NCBI GenBank assembly: GCA_047967505.1
Contig: CM106538.1
Origin: Dipteris shenzhenensis
Lineage: Eukaryota
Reading direction: 5' to 3' (one strand)
Length of the DNA stretch: 64,000 nt
Every line of letters begins with the position of its first letter. Positions within the stretch are counted from its first letter, which is position 1. Under the pieces are notes generated by a model. That model had not been told where the DNA came from. It did not search any database and was given only the letters and a program-made list of their open reading frames with translations. Below are positions 1 to 12,236 of the stretch, one piece after another. Both the position numbers and the translations under genes were made by a program.

Positions 1-408
1 TGATTGGCCTAACCCATATTTTTCTAGGTCCATATTAAAATTTAAATCTTGAGTATTCAATCTTTGCATCAAATCATAAAAGCTTTTTACTTCCGTCCTT
101 GCATTCGCTGTGTGTATTTGTGTTGCCAATTATCAAAGTTGTTATTAATTTACTCAATCAAGTGATTGATGAGCTATAATTTTTTAATTATTAAGGAACC
201 ATTAGGACTAGGAGACAAACATAGCATTATGATAGCAATGATAGCATTCGTTTGTCTTATACAAAAATATTATGATCTCACACATTTAGTGCAAACATAT
301 TTGTTTTAAGTTGAGAAGTGGTGGTATCCATCTTGCATGCCAATTATTTGAATCCAGGTGTCTCCCTTGAATCGTAGGAGTGCAAGAAGGACTATGGCGG
401 AGTAGGGA

Positions 409-657
409 CTATATGTAACAACATCCACCTTCTTGTTGTTGGCGGAGGTTTCGGAGGTTATAACACATCCCTCTAAAACTATAGCCTCGTCCACCTACCC
501 TTTTACAATTGTGGATGCTTGCCTTATAGCCTGTACCTTGGCAAAATCTTTTAGCACCCATAGGACTTTGGTCTTCTTCGTCACAAGGTGTGGCTTGTAA
601 AACATGGGGCATCATTGCGAAGAGGACTAGTATGATAAAAGCTTTGATACACATCAT
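409..657 (-). CDS. Small secreted cysteine-rich peptide, 82 aa (signal peptide plus ~60-aa mature region with 6 Cys)
   Basis: ATG at 657 just after a (CT)n tract; hydrophobic leader MMCIKAFIILVLFAMMPHVLQA; mature TPC-x13-C-x11-C-x13-C-x13-CCYI; TAG at 409-411; TATATA-like element at ~777-782 on the minus strand; a paralog exists at 29172. Confidence 0.75.
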   Translation of the reverse strand: MMCIKAFIILVLFAMMPHVLQATPCDEEDQSPMGAKRFCQGTGYKASIHNCKRVGGRGYSFRGMCYNLRNLRQQQEGGCCYI

Positions 658-661
658 GTGT

Positions 662-690
662 GAGAGAGAGAGAGATAGAGAGAGACAGAG

Positions 691-742
<52 letters not shown>
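662..742. repeat. (GA)n microsatellite in the presumed 5' UTR of the peptide gene
   Basis: Direct reading; conserved as (CT)n at 29125-29171. Confidence 0.95.
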
Positions 743-744
<2 letters not shown>

Positions 745-1907
745 GAGTACGCTCCACAATTGTAGCCCTTTCTCCTCTATATACCTACAGATGAATGCCA
801 CCCACACTTGATACACACCAAGAGTGTGACCACACCAGACGAGCTTATACCAAAGAGTGAAGGGAAGGCGACAGTTTCACAACTATGACCCTTGCAAGCC
901 CTTGCTTCTATTTTTTCCTCTAGATACCTAGTAAAGTATGAAGCTCCATGCACTTATCGTCGACAGCAAGAGCGGTAGTTTCATAACTATGACCCTTGCA
1001 AGCCCTTGCTTTCTATGTTCTCCTACCTACAAATGAAGCTCCATGCACTCCACACCAAGAGCGTAACCAACTTTGCTTTTGGCCAGCAGAAATTAGCTAT
1101 ATTTGTTTGGAATTGAGAATTTAGTATTTTGTTATTGGATGGCGCACATGCAACCAATGCTCAAATATGGTTTGTGCCCTGAGCCTCAGAGCTTCCCCTT
1201 GTCTTCCCTTCCACTCTCGCATTTGGACCTTCTTCGCCATAGCCTCCCCATCTTCAAGGTAGCTTCGCTTTTCCGCATTTCTCCATTTCCTCTGCTTTTC
1301 CTCTCAGCAATTAGATCTCTTGCTCCCATCATTGGCGTGCGCCCCCCCTTCAATTCCGGTAGACTTCGTCTTCTCAACGCGATCCGGTCAGCAGTCCCAA
1401 TTGAGCACCACCAGCTGGAGCTGTCGCCATCGCCCATCCCCCCTTCCTCTTGCGTTTGGGCCTTCCATTCTCCCTCACTCGATGGCTCTGACGAACCTAG
1501 CTTGCAACCCGCTTTGCAGCAGGCCTCTGCCTCGGTGGAGCAGGTAGCTTCTGTGTCACCGATGCAAGGTTCACATATTGGTGAATTTGTCACCATAAGG
1601 TATGCTGCTCAATTGTGGGTGAGGGCTTGCTTTAATTAAGTTCTTGTCATTTTGATCCAAGGAGCTCAACCACTTGCCACTTCGGCTGTGTATGCCACGA
1701 ATATTACGATTTTTTCTTTTGCTAATTCTCATTTTTATGTACTTTGCACCGGTGGTTTTTGGCCTGCCATATATGGAGCCTTAAGTGGAGCCTATGGGCA
1801 TTTCAAAAGCTCATTTTTTAAGGGATTCCAGCCGCATGGAGCCACACCAATGCTTCAAATCCTCTCTCTCTCTTTCTCCCTCTCTCATTGCTAATTTCTT
1901 CCCTTCA

Positions 1908-1940
<33 letters not shown>

Positions 1941-2739
1941 GGACACCCACCTATGCCTTCTCTAGCTCATCACTTGGATTGGTGGATACCCATGGAATGG
2001 GATGCAAACACTTTTAAGTGTGAGGATAATGTGAAGTGGACAACTTGTCTCAAGATCAGAGCAATTGGATTAGTAATTGGGTCATGCGCATGTGGCCGAC
2101 TTGCCAAATCTGATCACCACTGCCTGATCTACACGTTTGCCTTTTGTTGCTCCTCTACCTAACTCACAGATTCAATTATCGGGCCATTGAATCTCCTACA
2201 TATAGTACATAGTAACTGTAGTACTGACTATTTGCCCCAGGGCTATTACAACGTGACAACTGACTACCTATGGTATCCCTGCTAGCTGGCATGTCTATGC
2301 ATCATACAGGCAGGGATGTATATGACATTTGTAGACTTCAACTTAAAGGAATACTCTAAAAAGAAGAAGATACTGTTGTGTGCTTGGATTGGCCAAGAGT
2401 ATCACCTTTGCAAAAGATAGATGCCTCTACAATTTTATGTAGCTATACATCCTCGAGGTTCAAGTATAATAGTGAACGATGCTATGTTTATCTTGTAATT
2501 TGTTGAAAACTAAGAAGAGCCTATGGGTTTGGTGGAAGATCCCTTGTGATTACCTTGCTACAAGCATGCTACTATATTAACTGGGACCTTGGTAGATGTC
2601 TCCAATTCTATCATGAGGCCATTATTCAGCGATAGCAGCCACAAGAGCCCTTAAAGGACCAGATTGAGTAGCCAGCATTAGCAGCGAGAAGCCCCAAAGC
2701 TAGTACAGGGTTGGTAAAAGGTAGGGGCAACATTCTCAG

Positions 2740-2890
2740 CCATAGATGGTGCCTTCATAGGTACCCATGCCGTGGGGATTGGACGAGAGATCTCACAAGG
2801 CAAGTATTGGGCAAACCATAGATGGTGCCTTCATAGGTACCCATGCCATGGGGATTGGACGAGAGATTCACAAGGCAAGTATTGGGCAAA
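2740..2890. repeat. ~77-bp tandem duplication
   Basis: catagatggtgccttcataggtaccc...gtattgggcaaa occurs twice; single copy in the right arm. Confidence 0.9.
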
Positions 2891-4321
2891 AAAACAAGGG
2901 GGGGGGGGGGAGGGCGCTTGCAACCCAATGTGGGTCCTCTATTTCAAGCGTTCAGTTAAATGAACATGTATGCAAGGCTTCCGTTTACCGAAAGTAGTAC
3001 TTCTGATGCAAGCATGCTTCTGAAGAGTTAGTGGTGTGGCTAGTGCCTGCTACATTTGTATCAGATCGTCGCTTACACCCAGCTGTAAAATCTTTTAGAT
3101 GGGCATGCTTCAGCCCATGGACATGCTGCTGGCATGGGCCAGCGGCAGCCATGGGAGCAGGATCAAGCAGGAGGGATGCTACAGCAGCAAACAGCAGGCT
3201 TCAGTCCACACCAAGATCCAAGAGATAGGGCAAGCAGGCTTCATATAGACGAGGGTCTGATCGGAGCTGTCACAGACCAAACCAAACTTGACTCTGGAAA
3301 CAAAAAACCTCCTGACACATCAGCCCAGATCCAGACTGGGTCGGCCGTCCCAGTCGGCCATTTCCCGATGGTGGGGGGTCAGCCTATAAAAGCCCCCCCC
3401 TTCTTCCATTGAAAACATCAGACTTTCAGCCTCAGCAAGCTGCCCCAAAGCCCCCTCAGTTCAGCCCCTTCGTATTAGTCAGGAAGTAGGAGAGAGAAGC
3501 AGATCTACCCCTCTCGACAGTCTACCTCTGCCATTGTAGACAGGCCATTGGCTTCATTTCAATGCAGAATATAGAGGGATTGTACCCAATCAGTGTCTAT
3601 AGAACTCAGACCCACTTGCCTACAATCAAATGTGATTTCATATTATCATCATCATTAGAAGGCTAGGAACAGGAATGGCTAACAGTTGAACAAGGAGGAC
3701 TGGGGTTGGCTCCACCAACTACATTGATTCGACTACCGACCTCATAGCTATAGAGAGGCGACCTCCTCAATCCATTGTACCAAATCAGATCTTCCAGCTA
3801 GTAGCTCTTCACCTAGTATCTGTCTAGATCACCATCTAAGCTCCACTATGGGAGTGCCCAGGTGGATGAAGCCATCATCTGTACTACATCAGTATTGAAA
3901 GAAAATTTTGTTCATCTCCAGTTTGATGTGTACTCTCTATTCTTTGTTCAGTATCTGTTCCACTGCACCGTGTAATTTAACATTCCCACTATTTATGTGC
4001 CTCCTCTTGCTCTATCCCCTCATGCTCTTCCTTTGCCTTCTCTTTTCTCTCTTGGTTTGCCCTCTCTTGCTCTATGCCCTCTTGCTTAGGCCTCGCCTGC
4101 AGGTGCTCTTTCCCCTCAAATAGTTGCTTTGTCCCCTTTGCATTAAGAGCTTACTTGGGGATTAAAAAAACCTCATTTTTCTATGTATTAGAGGTAGCAA
4201 AGAGGAGGTATATGCTATGAAGAGTCTTTGTATTTGAATGGAGAAATTATAATACAAATATGTACATTTTATCACATTGTCTTTCTTGCACGATACCATG
4301 TCATAAGCAATAATTTTGATT

Positions 4322-5282
4322 AACTCGCCACAAACACTATTTTTCACTGTGTCATGCACAACTGCCTAAAAATAGGATCTGAGGTGTGCTATTCAGTGCA
4401 CACATACCTGATGGACATGATACTATGTGTAGGCATCAAGCTTGCATATTTTGATGCATGTAAAAATTATCATGCCCATTGGATATGCTTTGGATGGTCA
4501 ATGTTACCACAAACCCCATTTTTCACCAAGTAATATGCACAACCGCCAAAAGAAACTATTTGAGGTGTGTCATAAGAATGTGCTCATACTTGATGGATAT
4601 GATACTTTACATGTGAATTTAACCTATGTTGAGGCACGTGTAAATTATCGTGCCCATCGTATATGCTTTGGATGGTCAAACTCGCCACAAACATCGTTTT
4701 TCACCGTGTTATGAGAATCTGAGGTGTGTCATTCGAATGTGCTCATACTTAATGGGCATAATACTTTGGACACGTTTTCTACAAGATGGAATCTAAAAAT
4801 TCTAACCATTAGATGACTCTAGATGACTTATGCCGATTGATTTGAGTACTTAAAGGGCTAAATTTGAATCTCACACGAGGAAGTTATGTTACTTTTTGGG
4901 CGAATTTATCAAATTTCAAGATTGAAAATATTAGCTTAACTAGTTTGGAGAAGCTCCTAGATTTGCCTTTGAGCAAATATTCGCCCTTAAAATTTTACCT
5001 TGGAAAGCTTAGAAAAAAATGGAATTAATGGAGATGGAAATTTAAAAATTTTAACCATTTAGATGACTCTATATGTCTTATGTCGATTGATTTGAGTACT
5101 TGGAGGGCTAAATTTGGGTCTCACACGAGGAAGTTATGTTACTTTTGGGTGAATTTATCAAATTTCAAGATTGAAATATTAGCTTAACTAGTTTGGAGAA
5201 GCTCCTAGATTCACCTTTGGACAAATATTCGCCCTTAAAAATTTACCTTGGAAAGCTAAGAAAAAAAGGGAATTCATGGAGT
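4322..5282. repeat. Degenerate ~180-bp repeats (4322-4770) followed by a ~247-bp tandem duplication (4787-5282)
   Basis: Repeated aactcgccacaaac...tgaggtgtg...catac units; tctcacacgaggaagttatgttac...gtttggagaagctcctagat twice. Confidence 0.8.
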
Positions 5283-5935
5283 GGAGGAGAAGGGAAGGGA
5301 AGAGAAGAAAGTACGTTTGCATTGGCAGGGAAAGTGAGGGAGAGGGGAGGGAGGGAAGGAAAAGGGGATAAAAGGGTAAAGGCGGGGGGGGGGGGGGGTA
5401 AAGGAGGAAAGGGGGGGGAGGGGAAGGCAAAAGGGGTGGGGGGGGTGGGGGTGGGGGTGAGGGTAAAAAGGGGGGGGGAGGGGGGAAAAGGAGAAAGGTG
5501 GGAGGGGAAGGGGGGGAAGGGGAAAGGGGGGAAAGGGGAAAGGGGAAAAAAGGAGAGGAGGGGAAGGGGGGAAAGGGGAAAGGGCATAGGGGAAGGGGGG
5601 AGAGGAAGGGGGAAGGGGGGAAAGGGTGGAAGGGGGGAATGGGAGAAAGGGGGAAAGGGGGAATGGGGGGAGGGGAAGGGGAAGGGGGGAAATGGTGGAA
5701 TGGGAGAAATGGGGGAAAGGGGGGAAGGGGCAGGGGAAAGGGGGAGAGGGAGGAAAGAGGAGAAAGGGAGAGGGGAAAGAGGAGAATGGGGGGAGAGGGA
5801 GGGGGAGGTAGGGGAGGAGAAATGGGGGAGGGGGANNNNNNNNNNNNNNNNNNNNNNNNNNNNNNNNNNNNNNNNNNNNNNNNNNNNNNNNNNNNNNNNN
5901 NNNNNNNNNNNNNNNNNNNNNNNNNNNNNNNNNNN
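5283..5935. other. G/A-only low-complexity tract running into a 100-N assembly gap
   Basis: Polypurine 5283-5835; Ns 5836-5935. Confidence 0.95.
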
Positions 5936-6152
5936 TATTCCCTTGCTGTTTGGCCTTTAAGCACCTGGATTTATCTATTTCATCCATTGATTGCCTCCTC
6001 AACCCCTCTTATCCGGTCTTTTAGGAACACAATATGCTCATGATACCCAATGATGGGTTTATAAAAAAGAACTCATTCATAGACATATGCATATGATGAG
6101 GCTGTTCTTGACTTGAAACTGTGGAATATCTGGCTCTACTAGTCGGGGCTAC

Positions 6153-6200
<48 letters not shown>

Positions 6201-6299
6201 ACCATTTAAAATGGAAGTTTATAAAATGTCAAGCATTACCCCAAAAAAATTAGATCTCAAAGGGCATGCTATTATAGATTGCCTCATACATCTCTTATG

Positions 6300-7545
6300 T
6301 GATACAATACATATTTCTTTTGTGGGGATATGTTGCATGGGTATCTTGATACAATGTACAAGATGTGATATTATGTGAACTAAGGGCATATTAGAAAGGA
6401 GGTTGAAGGAATATGCATTTGTCTACTTGTAATACAAACCTTTAATGACATATGATCGTTTGGGAATTTCATTTTCCATTTATCCACATAGTCTTCTTTC
6501 GCCTCCTCCTTCTATGCAATACATTTGATGATGTAAAAGTCAGCTACCTCTATATTGGTTGCAGAATCCAGTTTGACTGCAAAAGGGTCACCAATTTGCA
6601 AAGCATTACTCAATACATCATGATATCCCTTATATGTTACCTCATTGTATACATCTTCATGATCACCTAGTGGTTTAGAATATGGCAAGGGCACCAAAGT
6701 GTCATAATCCCACAAAGGAACACGTGCTTTGTTAACACATCTATTCCAATGGCCATGCATGCATACATTACAAAAGCAAGCCAAATGTCTCATGGCAATT
6801 CTTGTAGGGTCTCATGGACTATGACAAAAAATAGCATGCATAGATCATGATTTTTGGATAGTTTCACAATTCCATTTTCCCTCCCTATTCACATCTCCTG
6901 CTTTAACCTCCCAAAAACATGGGCACAATTTCTCTGTTTTGAAGGATAGCAAGCTTCATCCCCCTCTGAAAGGTTAGACCTATAATAAGTGACACACGAC
7001 AACACGCTTTAAGATAGCTCCATCTGACTTCAATTGTTCGTGTGTCAATGTTCCCTTCACCACAGCTCTTGCTCCATCATGTTCTCCCTTGCCATGTCCT
7101 GATTGTTGAGAAAAAATGGCTCATTTCTATCCAGTCAAACCAGCATATCTTGCCACAAAATAAAATGGTCTACAAGCCTTGAATTGTGAAGCAGTGCCAT
7201 CTGACCACACCCAATGTTGTTTAATTACCACACCTTGTTCCTTCAACCATTGAAAGTGTAACATGAAGCAATGTTGCACAAACAATGTATCGTGAATTCT
7301 ATCATTTGAAATGAAAAAGTAGATAGTCTTGATGAGTTCACTTGTCTTCCCATAGTACGTTATGTGTATAAATATGGTAACTTGTGTAGAATGCCAATGC
7401 ATAGACTGGATCTCATTCTTTTCTTTAAAAGCATAGTTTTCACCAAAGTCTACCATAGACACAGCCACATCATCAAGGAAATTATGAATACAATCCTTGA
7501 ACTCTTGTGCTTGCCATCAAGCGATGAAACTGTGAGTAATGAAAT
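6300..7545 (-). pseudogene. Decayed DDD-type DNA transposase, Sola2-like
   Basis: Ordered motifs HSFIA*WQAQEF, VDFGENY..EIQSMHW..QVT, ISNDRIHD, WSDGTASQFK, SGHGKGEHDGA..VK, and C-terminal RHLACFCNVC..C.N; several stops and frameshifts. Confidence 0.7.
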
Positions 7546-7569
7546 TGAATCTAAATGCTAACGATTAAT

Positions 7570-7965
7570 GAAATTGATATGTTCACTGTCATAAAACATG
7601 TGCTAAAACTATCATGAAGAAATTGTCATAAAATAGGTGCTAACTATTATCAGAGAGGTGCTAATTATCATAAAAGATAATGCTAACTATCCTAATATAG
7701 GTTCTATAACTATCATCAAAACTGAATGCTAATGATCGTAAAATAGGTGCTTACTATCATAAAACTGAATGCTGACTATTGCCATAAAACTGATATACTG
7801 ACTGCCATAAAATTGATAGGTTCACTATCATAAAACTAAATGTTGACTGCCATAAAACTGATAGGTTCACTATCATAAAACAAGTACTTACTATCATAAA
7901 ACTGAATGCTGACTGTCATAAAACTAATAGGTTCACTATCATAAAACAAGTGCTAAGTATCACAC
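7570..7965. repeat. AT-rich minisatellite built on actatcataaaa units (~19-40 bp)
   Basis: Many copies of (a)ctatcataaaa(ctg/atagg). Confidence 0.85.
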
Positions 7966-7989
7966 TGAAGGATAACTACCATAAAATAG

Positions 7990-8590
7990 GTCCTTCCAAT
8001 TCAATGTCACTCGATAAAGCATCGGAACCATCCTTCCACACTCTCGTAGCATGAGGACATGCAACAAATAAGTGAAAATTGTCTTTCTGGAGATCCGAGT
8101 AGCATCTACACCTTTCATCCCCCTTGCAAATATGTAACCTTTGGCATTAGTCCAAACCGCTTTCTGAAGGATCAACTAGAGAAGGGCTGACATTTTCTCA
8201 GGGATCTCCTTTGACCAAACCTTGAGAAATTAAGACTTCCAACAGCTTTGACTATCCTGTATTTTCCACCTAGTGTTTAGGATCCTACGTATATGACCTT
8301 CAATGTCTTTAAAAGGAGTAGGGATAGGCAGCAAATGGGAAGAGTCTCCTCAGCTAAACTCTTTATAGTAGATAAGGACATTCCCTTCCTTCCACTGGAT
8401 ATTACCCTCCCCATAATGAGCGGTGTTTCTGATCAAGGAGGCCACATGAATAGAAAGGCCAAACTCCCTTTGGATTTCTTCTCAAGATTTCCACCTCTTG
8501 TGTTTTGTAGACCACATCTAGCCCAGCTCTATAACCCCTTTTAAAAAGCAGTTACTTTCGCATTGCTGTCTCAAGACCATACTACATTTC
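7990..8590 (-). mobile_element. LINE ORF2 C-terminal (zf-RVT) fragment
   Basis: VWSKEIPEKMSALL*LILQKAVWTN followed by ..CRC....FHLFVACPHATRVWK. Confidence 0.7.
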
Positions 8591-9749
8591 CTTGATGTGC
8601 TACCCATATCGGCCTTGTCCTCCTCATCGCTCGATGCGCCTCTGCCTCGTGCATCACGTATGGTCGCACTGCCACTCGATGCACCTCACCCTCCCTCATG
8701 CCCATGGGACACGTCCCCGCCCTTGCATCACCTCAACCTCGCCCATCGTGCGACGCATCATTCTACCCCCCTCACCCTCGATTGCTCGACACATTGTGGC
8801 CCTACCGCTTGCATCACCCATGCTTGCCCGTTGTGCCACTCGCATCGCCTTCGGCCTCATCGTTGCCCAACACACCCCCCTCCCCGCATCATAGAGGTCT
8901 TGCCTAGCACCCCTCCCTCGGTGCTTGTGTGACCTGCCCCATCCCCTCTCGATGCACCGTTCCCTTGTTGCCTCGGCCTCGCCTCCGTGCATAGTGCTAT
9001 GCCACTTGCGTCACCCGATTGCCCAAGCCCCCGTACGCCCATTGCGCCCCTACCCGCATCCCCCCTGGTCTCGCTGCTACAACCTGACACGCCTCACCCC
9101 TCTCTTGTCATCGGATGTGCCCTGTGCTAATCGTGTCACCCTGACTTTGCCCATGCCCCGCCATGTCACCTGCATCGCCCCGATGTGCCTGCTCTATCGC
9201 CTGTGCCACCTGCATCACCCCCGATCGTGCCTATCTTAGATGTCCTTGCAATGCGGTTGCCTCGCCCCTTGTGCTGCGCTCAACTACACCATCGCCCCGC
9301 CCTGCCTCCGGTGCTACATGCACCACTACTTGATACGCCCCTCCCCTCGCATCACCCCCAACCTTGCCCCCGCGTATCTATGTCGTCCCCCATCACATTG
9401 CTGCCCAACACACCCCACATTGCCCTCCACCTCGCCTTCTCTTGATTTGCCCCATCCTGGCCTCCGATGCATCGCCATCCCCTCTTGATTGGCACTTCCT
9501 CGGTGTGCCTTGAATTCTTGCGTCGGCCCAAACACCCCTCCCGCACACCCAACCTCTCGTGCATCGCCCAAACCCCTGACTTTGAGAGTCATAACTTTTG
9601 CATATGAACTTTGGATCAAGACGATTCTTGAACCGCTGTGATGGCACGGCATCCTCTTCATGTGAGAGCATCGGTTTTTTGTAACCTACTTATCTCGAAC
9701 ATCCATTTTCCCTCGACCTCGAACACCATTCCTTGCTCTTCCATGCCTG

Positions 9750-11165
9750 ACCTTGCATGCCCCCTTTCCTTGCGTGTATGCACCCCCCCCTTTGTCCCCA
9801 CACCCCCCCTCCCCCTTGAGCACATGCACGACCCCCCCCACCCGTCCCCCCTTGCATGCATATGCACCCCCCTCCCCTTGTCCCAGTCCGTCTCCCCCAT
9901 GCCCCCCCCTCCTTGCACGTGTGCGAACCCCCTGGCACACATGCCCCCCCCAAACCCGCCTATTACATGCGTGTGTACATTCCCCCTCCCCACCTCTTGC
10001 GCACATGTGTACCCCCACCCACCCACCTTGTGCGCATGTGCAACCCCGCCTCCTTGCACCACATCTCCCCCCCTATCCCCATTCCACCCTCCTTGCGCGC
10101 ATGCTCCTCACCCCCCCTCTTCTCCCCATCCCTCCCCCACCCCCCCAACTCTTGTGCGCATGTGCACCCCCCTCCTACACGCATGCGCACTCTCTCCTCC
10201 ATGCACAACCCCCCTCTTGCACGCATGCACACCCACCCCCCCTCTTGCATGCAAACCCCCCCCGCCCCCCCCCCCCCCCCTTGTACACATGCTCCCCCCA
10301 CCTTGAGCGAGTACGCCCCCCCTACACCCATGCCCCCCCCTTGCGCACATGTGCACACCCCCATGCTTGAGTGTAGGCACACCCCCTCCTCCGTGCGTGC
10401 ATGCGAAGTCCCCTCCCTGTGTGCATGCGACCCTCCCTCCCCCTTGCACACATGCCCCCCACCTTGCGCGCATGTGCACCCCTCCACCCATTCTCCCCAT
10501 GCCCGGCGCCCCCACTCTTGCACTCATGCGCCACCCCCCTTGCACATATGCCCCTCCCCCACCTTACGTGCATGCGCACCCACACCCCCCCTTGTTCCCA
10601 TGCCCCCTCCTTGCATGCATGCGCACCTCGCATCCCCCTCCTCCGTGTGCGTGTGCCACCCCCCCACCCCCCTCCCTCTTGCATACATGGGTACCCTCCC
10701 CCCCCTGCTTGTTTGTCCCCATGGCCCCCCGCCCTCTTGCATGCATGTGCACCCCCTGACTTGCGTGCGTGGGCACCCCTCGCCCCTTGCAACACATGCC
10801 CTCCCCCCCCCCCCCCCCCCCCCCGCAGACCACCTTGTGTGCATGCCCCCCTCCCCCCATGCTCCCCCCCGCCCCCCCAAACTCTTGCGTGCATGTGCAC
10901 CTTGTTGCACACATGTCCGCCCCCCACCTTGCATGCATGTGCACCTCCCCCCTCTTGCGCATGTGCACCCCCCCTCCCCTTCTCCCCTTGCCCCACCCCT
11001 ACCTTCGCACATGCACACCTGCCCCCCACCCCCTCCCTCTTGCACGCATGCGCACATCCCCCCCTTCCCCCGTGCGGGCATGCGCAACCCCTCACCCCCT
11101 TGTGTGCATGCCCTCCCCCTACCCCCCCACCCCCCTCCCTCTTGCGCGCATGTGTATACCCCCCC
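9750..11165. repeat. C-rich minisatellite with palindromic TGCGCGCATGTGCA / TGCATGCA cores
   Basis: Dozens of ~20-25-bp units of the form ccccc-ttgc(g/a)c(g/a)catgtgca-cccc. Confidence 0.9.
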
Positions 11166-11941
11166 TGCCGTGATTGTTTAGAGCAGTTCGTGGATGAATG
11201 GAGCTACCACCCTGCATGGCTGCCAGCAAACTTGAGAGATGGTGGTCTAGGATCAAGTTACTGGTTTGGCATGGCCAAGGCAAAACGAATGGGTCTAGGT
11301 CTCCTAGATGATACAAGTGATGAATCCGTCACACGGAGGGCAGTGTAGATGCTAAAAATGGCTCCAGACTAGGTGAACATGCTGATCAACAAGGAGATGG
11401 GCCACCTTCAGAAGTTGGTTCATATGTTCAAAACGGAAGGTGGAACGATGAGGTGGCACCGTGAGTTCTTTGTTGTATTTAAGTTGGTCTATGGTGTGTA
11501 CCTGAAAGAAGAGTTGGAAGCGGCAGATGATCTAGACAGTGAAACGAAAAGGGAAGCCTCAGATGAGGAAGAGCTGGATGGATCCGACTCATTGGGATCC
11601 GACTCAATTGCTCCTATTGGCCCAAGGATTGGCCATCCTCTTTGGTGGGGCTTCAAGGTACAAGGGAATGGTTGCACTGAAACGTGAAGTTGCAGATGTG
11701 GTGGACAAGAATGCAAAGGTGCCGAGTCGTGGTCTAGCACAAAGCAGCCTCGCTTAGACGATCGACAAGCAGGTTGTGAAGAAGCGGGTAAGGTGGAGTG
11801 CTGAGCACTCAAAAGAAGTGACCAAGGAAGCGGGCTCAAGGGGAGTTGTGGCATGTGGGCAAGACGGGCAGGTGTGCCTCAGATGATAGTGTGGAAAGCA
11901 GCATGGAACAAGGTGGATTGGGCAGTGAAGTTGTACAATGT

Positions 11942-12236
11942 CATATCAAATCAAGTCCCAGGCTATGGATGCCATGACGGGCAAGAGAGTGGGCTAAGGT
12001 GTGTCAGAGGGCACCAGGGCAGCAAGATAGGCCACAAGGTTGATGGTATTAGAGGCAGCGGGCAAGGTTGCATGATTGAAGGCAGATTGAGGAGTGCGGT
12101 TGTACCAAGTCCATATCAAATCAAGTCCCAAGGTATGGATGTCATGAAAGGCAAGAATGGACCGAGATGTGCTGGAGGGCACAAGGGCAGCAAGATGGGT
12201 TGCATGGTGGATGGTAGCAGAGGCAACGAGCAAGGC
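11942..12236. repeat. ~125-bp direct repeat, period ~170 bp
   Basis: catatcaaatcaagtccca...gggcagcaagat...gcaagg at 11942 and 12112. Confidence 0.75.

Larger units (their letters stand above)
123..3703. repeat. Left arm of an inverted segmental duplication (blocks 123-1068, 1938-3189, 3642-3703)
   Basis: Blocks are reverse complements of 28789-29732, 26142-27316 and 26073-26135, in colinear order. Confidence 0.9.

Noticed and set aside
5188-6043. Long Gly/Lys- or Pro/Phe-rich ORFs
   Set aside because: Artefacts of a G/A-only tract and the N gap.
8592-11348. Many overlapping Pro/Cys/His-rich ORFs up to 441 aa (extensin- or metallothionein-like look)
   Set aside because: Open in most frames on both strands because the C-rich repeat lacks stop codons; no signal peptide or domain.
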